This document shows, one piece after another, positions 11,020-24,137 of a stretch of 64,000 nt of DNA. The notes beneath the pieces are model-generated. The model searched no databases, was not told the DNA's origin, and saw only the letters and a program-made list of their open reading frames with translations. The stretch is taken from contig JAQGDQ010000535.1 in NCBI GenBank assembly GCA_030141605.1, forward strand, positions 1 to 64,000, read 5' to 3'. This stretch comes from Tubiluchus corallicola. Taxonomy: Eukaryota > Animalia > Priapulida. Position numbers and translations under genes: made by a program. Positions within the stretch are counted from its first letter, which is position 1. The number at the start of each line of letters is the position of its first letter.

Positions 11020-11870
11020 CTAAAGAAAGCGGAAAAGAACAATACACTCTGATCTCTGCTGCTTTATTTATAGTTTTTCATTGCATTATTATACAACAAT
11101 GCTGGGTTCAATACCGGCTCTAAGACATTTCAACTGCCAAACCGGTCTTGGTTGTCTACCTCGTACAGCCAAGATATTTGTCCAAGTCTGAATGCAGCCA
11201 CGATGCCCCTGTTGGTTCACTAACTCATCCATAATGGTTAATATGAGTCAGGTTTCAGTCTTGTTGTACGCTTACATTGCATGTTGCATGTCGTTATGTA
11301 GAGAATTTAATCTTGATTGTTTGTTAACAGTTTTTAGTGTGTTAACTGCCAAACAAAGATTTGTGGCACACAAGCATTTGTGTAACCTCATTATAAAGCG
11401 ACCTTACTTTGTTTTTATTCTGGCAACACATACATCTGCCCATAACTTTAATTCAGTAACAGCTGCTGCTGGTGGCTTTGCGTTATAAATGAGGACTAGG
11501 TAGGATGTTCGCATATTTTTGATTACACGTGTATTTATACGCAAAATTTTTTGCGGGGCCTTTGCTAGTTTTAATTAATCTACCATAAAAAATAAATTCT
11601 ATTGAATTATATACACTTTTAATTGTAATGCGATACTTTATTATAGAATTCACTTTCCATCAATTGTTTGTGGTGTGTTGGTTAGTTTTCCTGCTGCCCA
11701 ATAAGCTTAGCGAGCTGCTTGTTATGTAAAGTATTATACTTGAATGTTTGTTAAGAGTTTGTAGTGTGTTAACCGCTGAACAAGGGCTTGTCACGAGCAA
11801 CTATTTCGTTAACTTTACTATAAAGGGAACTTATTTTTTTAGGGTAAAGCCATACATCTACTATACGTAC

Positions 11871-12109
11871 TTTCTGAGTATATGCGTGAATAATCCATCT
11901 GTCCATTCCCGAGTGTTCGGATCCAGTGTACCATAGAGCAAGTCCTTAGAAATGGCCTTCGGATCGATAACGTGCGCCACTCCTTCCACACCCTCCAGTC
12001 TCTTCAGCGCCTCCAGGAGTACCTTCCACGCGGAGGACTTGCCGCTACCGCTGGGACCGACCATCATCAGACCGTGATTGAGTTGCGAAATCTGATACAA
12101 CTGGAGCAC
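11871..12109 (-). CDS. DYNC1H1: Dynein heavy chain exon 17 (AAA2 Walker A)
   Basis: [31 protein letters not shown]; phase 0/2. Confidence 0.96.
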
Positions 12110-12277
12110 CTGAAATGGACAAGATGGCGTCCTAACAAAATTTTCGTGCAAACTCCGGGAGGTGGGACTTGAGCAGAGACGTGGTGGAAAGACGGAGGAG
12201 AGTTGTGTGCGAACTGGATGAACAAACCGAGTTGATAACAATTTCTGAGTACGTCAGCAAGCTCAGCAATTAAGAAT

Positions 12278-13347
12278 AATAAGCCTTTTCACACTTCCAG
12301 CAATTGACGATGATTGTGAAAAGGTCAAAGGTTAAGTGTACCAGACAACGCGTTTGTGTACACTTGACAATGCCTCTCAGCCCATGCTGTTGTAATCGTA
12401 AGTTCCCAAGCAAGATCCTGCTAGTAAATCACTCTCTGCACAGACTACTGCACAGTTGCTGTGGTACACGTGCCACATGACGGTTGTAGTTAAAATGAGT
12501 TGCTGTGGTACACGTGTCACATGATGGTTGTAGTTAAGATGCGTTGCTGTGGTACACATGTCACATGACAGTTGTAGTTAAGATGAGTTGCTGTGGTACA
12601 CGACACATGACGGTTGTAGTTAAGATGAGTTGCTGTGGTACACGTGTCACATGATGGTGTAGTTAAGATGAGTTGCTGTGGTACACGTGTCACATGACAG
12701 TTGTAGTTAAGATGAGTTGCTGTGGTACACGTGTCACATGACAGTTGTAGTTAAGATGAGTTGCTGTGGTACACGTGTCACATGACGGTTGTAGTTAAGA
12801 TGAGTTGCTGTGGTACACGTGTCACATGACGGTTGTAGTTAAGATGAGTTGCTGTGGTACACGTGTCACATGACAGTTGTAGTTAAGATGAGTTGCTGTG
12901 GTACACGTGTCACATGATGGTTGTAGTTAAGATGAGTTGCTGTGTACACGTGTCACATGACGGTTGTAGTTAAGATGAGTTGCTGTGGTACACGTGTCAC
13001 ATGATGATTGTAGTTAAGATGCGTTACTGTGGTACACGTGTCACATGACGGTTGTACTTAAGATGAGTTGCTGTGGGGGACGGTTGTAGTTAAGATGAGT
13101 TGCTGTGGTACACGTGTCACATGACAGTTGTAGTTAAGATGAGCTGCTGTGGTACACGTGTCACATGACGGTTGTAGTTAAGATGCGTTGCTGTGGTACA
13201 CGTGTCACATGATGGTTGTAGTTAAGATGCGTTGCTGTGGTACACGTGTCACATGACGGTTGTAGTTAAGATGAGTTGCTGCGGTACACTTAACCTTTGC
13301 CTACTGCGACTGCGCGTGTGCACAGGGTAAATGTGAAAAGGCTTATT
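12278..13347. mobile_element. AATAAGCC-TIR MITE expanded by an internal minisatellite
   Basis: AATAAGCCTTTTCACA ... TGTGAAAAGGCTTATT. Confidence 0.8.
12455..13289. repeat. 44-bp minisatellite (about 19 units) containing CACGTG and TCACATGA E-boxes
   Basis: Unit GTTGTAGTTAAGATGAGTTGCTGTGGTACACGTGTCACATGACG. Confidence 0.95.
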
Positions 13348-14032
13348 TGCATCAAAAATTTCACACCAACAAAAAACTCTAACGAAGCTATACAAATTGA
13401 TGAGATTAGTGTTTACTTTTGTATACTTTTTTATTTTATAAATATAAGCTCAGGGAAAAGCATAAAAAATTAACAGCGAAATGACAGGGCTGCGAACTGC
13501 GACGCAATTAAATAAATAAAAAAAAGGTAAACAACTTTAACGCTAAACTAAACCCTCACTATAATATCAGCTTTTACAATTTAAAATCTTACTCTCACTA
13601 CGAATATTCATTTTATTACAAATTTGAAAGTCGCTTGATACAAACGGCTAAAGTTTAGTACGTAGTCAGTCAGGAAGCAAAAACATCATAATAATTGCAC
13701 TATTTAGGCTACCAATGCATTTTTAGAACAGAATAACGCAATACGTACCATTTTAATGCTTCAAATTAAGTTAAAAAGTTGTTGATAAAATAAAAAAAAT
13801 GGCTGTTAGCAAAGTGAAAAATTGTCATTAAAACGAAACGTGCGTCGCTAAGAGAGATAAAGATGTCAAATGTTCAGGGTCGTTAAATCGAAACGTCGCT
13901 AAACGGGGAGTCATTACGCGAGGACTCTCTGCACTGTATTTAATGTACGAATAAATTATTAATCACAGTGATTTTAATGATAATTTAATACAAAAGGAAT
14001 CCTTCTTCAATGAATGTCAATAATGAACCTAC

Positions 14033-14245
14033 CTTTTCCAGCCATCTTGCCCCGGATTCGTCGCCTTCTCCGCAGACGAGGTACCACTCGTGACAAACTT
14101 CGTTGATCTTCTCCCGGAGCGAACGCATCTCCGCCCGGGTGTACTGTATACCGGGAAACACGTCCGACAGCAAGCTATACAGCAGTGGGATGTCCTCGGC
14201 GACCAGCTTCGGCACCATTGTCTCCATCACGCTCTGTATGAGAAT
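14033..14245 (-). CDS. DYNC1H1: Dynein heavy chain exon 16
   Basis: [22 protein letters not shown]...WLEK; 213 nt. Confidence 0.95.
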
Positions 14246-14410
14246 CTAAAGCACAAATTGTGATCCTGTGATTGACGTAAAGAATAGCAAAATAGCACAA
14301 ATTGTGAACATGCTCAAAAAACATTGAAAAATAATATAAAACACGAGTAAATTTCGTTATGTTTGTGAATAAGCAAAAATAAATAACATAAAAAAAATTA
14401 TTTAATTTAA

Positions 14411-15033
14411 CCCTTTCACTATGGAAGGCGACACACTGCCATCTACATGTTTCATGCAAGGAACGGAAGGCGGTAGACTGCCGCCCACGCTGAGCACTAA
14501 GCGCAGTTACCCAGGTCTGTTTAATTCACTGCTACGACCATGCAAAAAGTCTGTTTTATTCACTTTGTAGAAAAGTTTAACAACCTTGGGATTGGGGTTG
14601 CTTTGCGACATGTAACACTAACTAGCCAATCAGCATCTGAAGCTAGGTGCATTCCACAATACTGTACCGTACAATATGTTCGTATATAAAATCACTTGTA
14701 GATCGTTAATGAAACGTGTTCAGTTGTTTGTCCTGCATTCTTATGAATTGACTGCATATTATGGATTAGTATTGTGTCTTTTGTGAAATCGGTTTCCAAA
14801 TAATAGTACATGCGTATTTTTGAGTGTGCGTGCGTGTGCATGTGTGAGTGAGTGCATGTATGTGTGCTCGCACGTGTGCGCAAATGTAGAAATAAACAAA
14901 TATTTATACTCGATAACGAACAACTATTCGTTTATTTATAAGATTCTGCTTTAGTAACACACCACAAGAAGTTATTGTCACATGTGTAAAACCCAATGTG
15001 GCCCAGTTAAAAATCAACTACCTAGTGAAAGGG
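14411..15033. mobile_element. piggyBac-like MITE
   Basis: TTAA|CCCTTTCACTA ... TAGTGAAAGGG|TTAA. Confidence 0.8.
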
Positions 15034-15715
15034 TTAATATTAATTCTTTATACAGACTATTAGAATGTACTACCATACAAAGCACTGGCTACTCATCAAT
15101 TTGCCTGAATGAAAGCTTTGGACATACAGTCTTGAAAACTTAAGGGCTAGCCTAAGGTTAAATGGCAGTAAAAACATAATGGTGACTATTTTAGCTAACA
15201 CACCACAAATGGTTGGTTCACAGAATGAGCTACTATAATATACACTTAGCATTGATAACCAAGTGAAATAGTCCTGTTAAATACAATTAGCAACTGCCAA
15301 CCTAGAGAAATACTTGGTTGATTGGAATTTCGATTGACTAGATACCGCTGCCAAACTTTTAGGAAAGTTTCTTTAGAACATTCTAACACCATTTCACACA
15401 TTTTTATAAAATTTTGCATTTTGACCCGCTGTCCCTGGACACTAAAAGGCCAAGAAAAGGTCCTGCATTTTTGGAGGCTTAAAACTGCCAAACTGCTTAG
15501 CATTATAACGAAGTGTTCAGCCGATGTTATGGCGAAGCAAAAGATCGGTGGGATAAGCAGGTGCCAAGCCACGTAGTGTTTTTTCAGGTGATACAAAGAA
15601 TTTTAAATTGAATCCGGAACTTTATCGGAAGCCAATGTAACTCTCTTAGAATAGGCATAAAGTGATCATATTTTCAAGTTTTGGTAACGGTTCGAACACA
15701 TTCCTCCACACATAC

Positions 15716-15908
15716 CTCTTGCTCGGGTAGATTCTCCGCGATCCGTCCCTCCGTTCCCGCGTCCACCGGCTGCTGGCGTGCGATCATGTCCTCCTTGATG
15801 CGCTGTATGCGATCTCGCTTCACGTTACCTGCGCTGACCAACACGCTCTTCAACGCACGCAGACCAAAGTCGTAGTGCGACTGATGACTGAGCTGTTCGT
15901 CGCACAAC
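15716..15908 (-). CDS. DYNC1H1: Dynein heavy chain exon 15
   Basis: [23 protein letters not shown]...NLPEQE; AAG acceptor, phase 2/0. Confidence 0.95.
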
Positions 15909-15964
15909 CTTGTAAAGGAAAAAACCGTTAAAGTAAAAAACCAGACACAATCTTAAACTGTAAG

Positions 15965-16642
<678 letters not shown>

Positions 16643-16930
16643 CCTGTCCTGATCGTGTGCTGTTAATACTAATTTTATGACTAATTTATTGTCTAATCTA
16701 ATGTCTAACAAATTCAACTGTTGCACTTTACACTTCAAATTGAGCTACAGGTCATAACAAAAATAATCACATAACTCACAGCACTTTAATGAATAATCTC
16801 ATATATAGGCCTATATAAAAAACAAACACAAAACAGACAATAACTGATTCAGATTATAAATTCAGAGAGTAATTGACAGTTTTGGTGTTCAGTGTATGCA
16901 TGAAATCATATTACATCACTACCATTAAAG

Positions 16931-17080
16931 CAGTGGTTCCTAATCTGAGGTACTCGTACCCCTTGGGGGTACGAAACAGCTACGTTAGGGGTACGCGAAA
17001 GTTGTGTACGTGTAACACATCACAAAGTTCGTTTTTGCCGTACGGCGTACGCATACGGAGTGCGAATTTTACGGGAGTAA
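16931..17080. mobile_element. hAT (Charlie-like) MITE end fragment; similar fragment near 28240-28305
   Basis: CAGTGGTTCCTAATCTGAGGTACTCGTACCCC..GGGGTACG; other end not found. Confidence 0.45.
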
Positions 17081-18325
17081 CATCCTCGTGGGATGAGAAA
17101 ACAGTGTGCTACAAGATTTAAATCCTTAAACATCACGATTGTTTGTATTTCAAAAGGTCGTGGTTTTTGCCACACAACAGCGTTTTTCGGGTAATTCACT
17201 GTCTGGCGCTATAATGGGGTTAATTTGTAGACGTTTGGCACAGCAAATGCGTTGGTGGATGGCGATTAGGCGAGGTTGACGATTTTTGGAAAAGCCCGCG
17301 TAAATGAGGCGGCCATTGAGGCTACTTCACAGTTCTGCTGCAAGTTCGACTTCTGATTTGACATCCGATTGTCTTTTTTCTTGCATTTAGTTAACTCCTT
17401 CAGGACCACACCACATGTTATGCTGTTGCTTTTTGAATTTAACGTATTAGAATCTACTCCATTCGTTCCATTTATTGAGGGTCCCCAGATTAATATAGAT
17501 ATCTTGTGTATTCATTCGGCTACAACACTTAGGAAATAAAAAGACATTTGTGAATTAGTTAACTCCTTCAGGATAGCATCATTCAAAATAGGTCTTGTAA
17601 GACCTGTGACTTTTCTGCTACTGTATGAGCACAGACATAACTAAATGATTACAAATTAGGTGCTGTTCTATTCAGGAGAATCTCTGGTATCCAATCACGC
17701 TCTTTGTTTAAACATCTGTAAGTGATTTAATTTGATAAAATTAAGAAAAACACGCCCTTTTTAGGCACTCCAACTTAGACTATTGAGTAGCTTAGCCTGG
17801 TGCACACTCGCGTGATCGTACACACTACTTCATTGATCACCTGCTTGCTATAGCCCAAGAGAACACACTGCTGTACAGAGTTCCAGGAAAAACCAACCAA
17901 TCAGCGAAGGAGAAATTAAAGTCGTTATATCTTTTAACGAGAACTTCTCCTTCAAAATAGAGCAGACTTGAGGCCAAAGTGTATCAGAGTGTTGTGTTGG
18001 GATAGCTGAAATTTTCTGCATTAGCCGATTTCGCACAAGTGATACTGTACATTGTTACAGTGCAAACACTGCAGCTACTGATAGATTTTTTTAATTTATA
18101 CGTTAAAAATATACGTTATTTTACTTTGTCTAAAATAAGCAAATGCATTTCATATATAATTTAGCATGCAAATCCTTGTGTGAGAAGTAGAAACCTACAA
18201 AGATTATCAAATATAAAGTAATCGCTGCTTAGTGAGAGCAGTTTAGTCATGAGCAGATTCAAAATGCAGCAAACTCTTACGGCCCTCAAGCAGTTAATGA
18301 AGAATAGAAGCCAAATTATATGATT

Positions 18326-18810
18326 TATAGGTTTTACACGTCAAATGTAGACACAGGAAAGTTTAAATGTGACTTAGGTAAGTCAAATGTAGACATAGGA
18401 AAGTTCAAATGTGACTTAGGTAAGTCAAATGTAGATGCATTACTTTGAATAAATCGGTAATTAAGTTATTTAAGTGCAAATTAGAAAAAGATAAACCAAA
18501 GATAGTGCATCTATTAGTAGGCCTATAACGTTGTTATTTTAACTTAGGAGCAATTATTAAATTGAAATTAAAGAAGATTAAATTTTGCATCCTTAAACTT
18601 TACCACCTATCCACATTTGAGATACCAATGTCACATTTGACTTGACATGTGTCTACATTTGACTTACCAAAAACGCTCAAGATTTCTTGAAAACCATTGT
18701 TAACACATTTGAATTACCTAAATCTACATTTGAGTTACCAAGACACATTTGAATTACCTAAATCTACATCTGAGTTAACGCAGGTCTACATTTGACATGT
18801 AAAACCTATA
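18326..18810. mobile_element. Foldback MITE with long TIRs and internal CAAATGT(A/G)GAC-like subrepeats
   Basis: TATAGGTTTTACACGTCAAATGTAGAC ... GTCTACATTTGACATGTAAAACCTATA. Confidence 0.78.
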
Positions 18811-19078
18811 TAAAATTTACAAGAGCACAGAACATATAATTATTGTTTGCTATTGTTATGTCACTATAAGAAAGAACTATAAAAAAGCTGTAAACAATGC
18901 GTAATGTGCAAGTGAGACACAATAGATAAAAACAATGAATTTCCCAAAGTGCATTCTGAATGGAATTTCATTTACAATTCAGAACCACCAGGCGCTGTAA
19001 ACTAGTAAGTTAAAACTAGCTCCTTTAGGAGCCCCGAGACGCCTAAGTTCATCTTAGGCGCTGCGCAAAAAACGTAAC

Positions 19079-19350
19079 ATGGCAACGCCAAGCAAAGAAC
19101 ATTTCGTGAAAAGCATCGAATCGTCATCGTCGGTCGTGGGGAGATCGACATTTCGGAGACCAACAGGTCCGCACCGAGTCGCACTGCTGTCTCTGGGCAG
19201 CCTAGAAGTCGGACTGGGCATGTCCACGCTTTTGCTCGGGTCCATCGTGTACTCACAGAATGATTACGACTGCGTCGGAGAGGGTATATGGTGTGGAATC
19301 GCCTGCATCTTCACAGGAATTCTCGTTGTAACTGCTGCCATCAGAAACAA
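19079..19350 (+). CDS. Nested four-TM protein of the CD20/MS4A/TMEM196-like superfamily, coding exon 1
   Basis: LGSLEVGLGMSTLLLG and GEGIWCGIACIFTGIL hydrophobic segments; donor AA|GTAAGC at 19350/19351; candidate 5' UTR acceptor TTCAG ending at 18982. Confidence 0.75.
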
Positions 19351-19449
19351 GTAAGCAGTCGATAACTTATTATAGCATCTTAGTAGCCAATTTTATTTGC
19401 TGATAATTTCATTTCGAAGAAGTTCACAATGCCTCACGCAATTTAAATG

Positions 19450-19937
19450 CCCTAACATCAACCCTAATCCCAACCCTAAATCTAACCCTTGCATTAGCCC
19501 TAACCCTGACCCTAATCCAAACCCTAACCCTAACCCTAGTCTTAATCCTAATCCTAGTCCTAACCCTAAATCTCACCCAACCCTACCCCTAATCCTAACT
19601 TTAATCCCAACCCTAAATCTAACCCAAGCCTAGCCCTAAACCTGACCCTAATCCAAACCCTAACCCTAACCCAATGTCATCTTAACCTAAACTAACTCTT
19701 GTCCTAACTTTAACCCTATCCGAATCCTAACCCTAAACCTTACCCTAACCCTAGTTCTAATCCTAATCCTAGTCCTAACCCTAAATCTCACCCAACCCTA
19801 CCCCTAATCCTAACTTTAATCCCAACCCTAATCTTAACCCAATGGTAACCTAACTTAACTCTAGTCCTAACCCAAACCATAACCCAATGTTACGATGTTA
19901 TCCTAACCTAAACCTAATCCTAAAGCTAATCCTAATC
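19450..19937. repeat. Degenerate (CCCTAA)n telomere-like repeat filling the intron of the four-TM gene
   Basis: Many AACCCT/AATCCT hexamers with an internal block duplication. Confidence 0.88.
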
Positions 19938-19986
19938 TGCTTAATGAGTCAATTAGCCATATCATTTTTCCGCTTTTATTTCCTAG

Positions 19987-20317
19987 GAAGAGAATCTGCG
20001 TCACAGCAGCAATCGCTTCGGTCCTCGGATGCGGCATAGCTCTCGCCGCAGCCACCCTCCTCCTCAACTACACGCTGTTCGGCAGTCGTCTCGGATGCAG
20101 CCGTCCCTGTATGGGCCTGCTTGCCACGAAGGATCCCGAGTGCGTATACATCGCTGCTCTTGCATGCAAATACTGGGCCACTTTTGCCTCCTGCCTTGCT
20201 CTCTCGATCACCGCATTCGTAACTTTGATGCTGGCCACGTACCAAGGAGCTAAGACAAGCCTGGCTGATGACGTTGCTGAACAGGACAACAACGCTGGCT
20301 TGTTGGACAAAATATAA
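19987..20317 (+). CDS. Nested four-TM protein, coding exon 2 (joined product 200 aa)
   Basis: Acceptor TTTTATTTCCTAG matches phase 2; encodes TM3, a Cys-rich loop and TM4; stop ends at 20317; AATAAA at 20454. Confidence 0.75.
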
Positions 20318-20558
20318 AAAAAATTGCCAATTCAATAACCGATTTTTCATCTCCATTTACACATTACACGTATTAAACCGTTAAAATTTGATTTTTGTAT
20401 TTTCATGTAATCAGACAGGCTAGTTCTTATTGCAACCCAGAATGTGAAATTGAAATAAAGGCTTAACTTTCGCCAACAGTGCACTAATGAAGATCGACTT
20501 CTTTATACTTATAATAATAATATTATCAGTTTACTTAGATGTAGACGAATAAACTTAG

Positions 20559-21558
20559 TTAGTTTAAACATAATTTATTTAGGATTAGATCAGACAGTTT
20601 GTACAACATGATTTGAGATCTTCACCACACAGACTTTATACACTATTTACAGGAACATTTACAGTAAGAATAGACTATACTTAGTTTTTAGTATACCTTA
20701 GTATACTAAAGTTTTACTACAGTGATACATTAGACATTAGTAAAAAATGACGGTTAGTAAATATTAATGTACGATTATTTAAGAATGATGCATTTTATAT
20801 AAGATAGAAACTACTGCAAGCGTTTTGTACATAATATAAAGTCATGTATACATTGGAATATTTTACAGTTAGTAACATAGATAAATTCATCTTTACCGAA
20901 TAATAACAACTTCAACAGATCATTATTTCCTAAGACAGCTATATTAAGGTTTTTGGGCAGAAGTATTGTATTTAATTTATCAAACATAACTACCCTAGCT
21001 AGTTGATACAATGGGCAGTGCAACAAAAAGTGTTCAACAGACTCAAATCGAAATCCACAGTTACAATTCGGCAATATTGGATTACCGTTATTATCTTTAC
21101 AGCCTTTAGAGAAAAGGTCAAAGGTCATAGTTTAGCTGAGAAAATCCGATTCTCATGCGCGTATGATGCACTGATATTGGAGGTTTACCAAATGAAAAAT
21201 GTTTCTTACGCAACGAAAAACTTAAATGAGATTTGAGCTCTTGTTTGAATTGTGAAATGGATGTAATTTCACGAATGTTCTGTGGTAAGTTGTTCCACAT
21301 GTTAATGGTCGATATGAAAAACGATTTTTCACAGCTAACAGAACGGCAATTAAAATTTCTGTATGTAGTACCACTGCGTATATAATAGGGGGTAACTTCG
21401 TTGACCTTTGGCGGCAGAATTGCACTTAAATAGTGGGGCACTAAGTCATTGATTATTTTGAAAAAAAGACATAGGCGATGATAATGGAAGCGTGTCACTA
21501 ATTTAGTGAAGCCGCTATCAGAGAAGATACTTGCAGGGGAAGATCGAAACATAGCGCC
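20559..21558 (-). mobile_element. 5'-truncated CR1/L2-group LINE (1.0 kb)
   Basis: 16-bp TSD AGACGAATAAACTTAG (20543-20558, 21559-21574); ORF2 C-terminus with FF.ST..MWN.LP and C.C...HFLLHCP; AATAAA and CTAA tail; frameshift from a 7-bp AAAGGTC duplication near 21120. Confidence 0.87.
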
Positions 21559-21625
21559 AGACGAATAAACTTAGACATAGACGTATATTATACGTAAACA
21601 AATAAAGTATACAAGTATGGTTTAA

Positions 21626-21777
21626 AGAAAGAAAAAGTCACTCAGTATGTTGGGTTATTTTACTGTCATTGCTTAAACTTAGAAAAATATAGCAAAGAAT
21701 TTTGCAGAGAGAGAGAGAGAGAGAGAGAAGACAGACAGAGAGGGGGGAGAGACAGACAGATAAGAGAGAGAGAGAGA

Positions 21778-21835
<58 letters not shown>

Positions 21836-21844
21836 GGGAGAGAC

Positions 21845-21932
<88 letters not shown>

Positions 21933-21943
21933 AGGGAGGGAGG

Positions 21944-21995
<52 letters not shown>

Positions 21996-22402
21996 GAGAG
22001 AGAAGACAGACAGAGAGATCATGATGTAACTGGGAGACTTTGTGACTTTTCATAAGTTTGTCGTGGTTTTCTGTGAGCGCGCGATGCTTAGACTAATTCA
22101 AACTTCTGCAGCTTAACTAATGTTCACACAAAAATGTTGCAAAATCAGCTATCAAACCAGTTTGTAAAAAGTTTATCGTACTTTTGTTGAAGATTCACAG
22201 TGCGCTACGTTTCTTCAAGACGAATGACGTCACCGGAAGAATTGGCATTCAAAATGGGAGCGTCCAAGCATGAAGCGATCGCGACTTTAAAGTGATTTTA
22301 CTAATTACACGAGGCGTTTATTGTACCTTTATTACTAAATCCTTTTAACATTTTTCGAAAATAATGAAATAGCCTAACTTCGCGGAACGCTTGACCTTTC
22401 CT
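21626..22402 (-). mobile_element. Kolobok-like MITE family A copy interrupted by (GA)n at 21706-22017
   Basis: TTAA on both sides; reverse complement of 4091-4622. Confidence 0.78.
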
Positions 22403-23117
22403 TTAATGAAAAATACATTACGATATCCACAGCAATACTGCGATTTTCATAAAGATAACCGCACCGGCACCCGTAATGTGCAAACAATAGAATAAGCGAG
22501 ATTTGAAAACGGAATTTGGGGACAGGAAATATAGAATTGACAAAAAATACAGTTCTCTGTCAAGTTAACCAATCAAGAGACGCTTTACTCAACAAGATGT
22601 AATGAATTTCTTATTAAGTATTGCAGGACTGAAGCAGCAAGGTACTTCATCACAAACACTGGCTTTCGACATTGAAATAACATCATAAAAAATTCTTTAT
22701 TTAAAAAAACATAAAATTAAAAAATTAAACTTTTAAAAATTTAAAAAATTCAAATTGAAAATCTTTTCTAATTATATAGCATAAATAAATTTGAATATTT
22801 TACATAGAATAAATAAATAAATAATTACGCAGCTGTCCCTGCCGGAATCCACCACATTGCTGGCTAAGTTGATTTCTATATTTCTATCGTTCTCATGACT
22901 TCATACAGTTACAATCACATCTTTCTCTTTCTTTTTATTCTCCTTCAACTTTTCTTTTCTACTTCTTTACTGCTCTTTTCTACTTCACTCAATCCACATT
23001 CATTTGAGGTGCTCTGAACAGGTAATTACTTCCTGACTACCCCTGAGGTCATTTGCAGCTTGGCATCTTGGGTACATGATAAATATCTTATTAAATTCTA
23101 TGCTGTAATGATTGTCG

Positions 23118-23677
23118 GCACATACGGCTACGGCCATATCACGTTGAAAACACCGGTTCTCGTCTGATCACCGAAGTTAAGCAACATTGAGCCTGGTTAG
23201 TACTTGTATGGGTGACCGCCTAGGAATACCAGGTGATGTAGGCTTGCGGGATGCCCACACTGTATCTCGACACTAGGCGGAGGAGCTGCACAAGCAGCCA
23301 ACAGCTAGAGGGTGGAGGAGTCAAGTGACCTAACGGCCATGTGTAGAGGAGTAAACCTTCCAAATCAGGAGTGGAGCCCCTAAGGCGGACCAGTGCAGCA
23401 TGCTCACTGACTCCGGCAGCTCCTGCAGCCAACTTGGTGCCAAACGTATCGCTCCGCTTTCCTTTGGACTACACCAGGGAGGAAGAGAGGGGGTTCCTGT
23501 TGTTTGGGCAACACAGGATCTCCTTACACCTTGCCCAGGCGTGTGCCCTGGAGACTGGGCAAGGTTCAAGAATCGCACTGCTCAGCCACAGTCGACACTG
23601 CAGCTCCTTCAATGTGATCAATAACTGGCTCTCTTGGCGCAAATTCCATTGTCTTCCGAGACAGAAGGATGCCAACG
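23118..23677 (+). mobile_element. 5S rRNA-headed SINE (SINE3 type) with bipartite RTE-derived body and tail
   Basis: 11-bp TSD AATGATTGTCG at 23107-23117 and 23678-23688; 5S head; GC-rich body; SRIALLSHSRHC resembling an RTE ORF end; tail CCATTGTCTTCCGAGACAGAAGGATGCCAAC. Confidence 0.82.
23126..23245 (+). rRNA. 5S rRNA-derived sequence (SINE head, probably not a functional 5S gene)
   Basis: Full-length match to animal 5S (GGCTACGGCCATATCACGTTGAAAACACCGGTTCTCGTC...GTAGGCTT); box C reads TGTATGGG; no oligo-T terminator follows. Confidence 0.88.
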
Positions 23678-23956
23678 AATGATTGTCGTGGTTGTACTTC
23701 ATAAATCCAACAAGAGAAGAGCTTGCTCACAGGACGCATCGCACATTCCGCACGAACAAAAACAGGTGCGAAAACCACACACTCCAGACGTCTCATGCAT
23801 AATAAACATCATTCGTTGTGTATATTCTGTTTAGCATGCTAACAAATGCCAGAGATAGATGGTCTTTTAAATTAGAAAATTGTGCATGTGTAGTGCACAA
23901 CAACTCAGTTTCTCTGAAACCGCAAAATCCATCATCATCATCGTCGTTGTCGTCGT

Positions 23957-24137
23957 CATCAACTTCACCATCACCTTAGAAGTCACCTCACAACTGTCAC
24001 CACTGACTACCATACATAAGCCATCGTTAACATCAACTTCACCGACACCTTAGAAGTGACCTCACAACTGTCACTGCTTACTACCATCCACAAACAATCA
24101 TCAACATCAACTTCACCATCGTCTTAGAAGTCACCTC
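23957..24137. repeat. Tandem repeat of about 74 bp (2.5 units)
   Basis: CATCAACTTCACC...CTTAGAAGT(C/G)ACCTC occurs three times. Confidence 0.7.

Noticed and set aside
6315-13289. Tandem arrays as CRISPR arrays
   Set aside because: No unique spacers, no cas genes, and the context is eukaryotic introns.
17676-17717. Possible 5' UTR exon of the four-TM gene (TTCAG...GTAAGT)
   Set aside because: Splice-like signals only; cannot be supported without transcripts.
19450-19937. True telomere or chromosome fusion site
   Set aside because: Highly degenerate, single orientation, and inside a small intron with dynein exons continuing on both sides.
23126-23245. Functional 5S rRNA gene
   Set aside because: Single copy, altered box C, no oligo-T terminator, and enclosed with an RTE-like body by a TSD.
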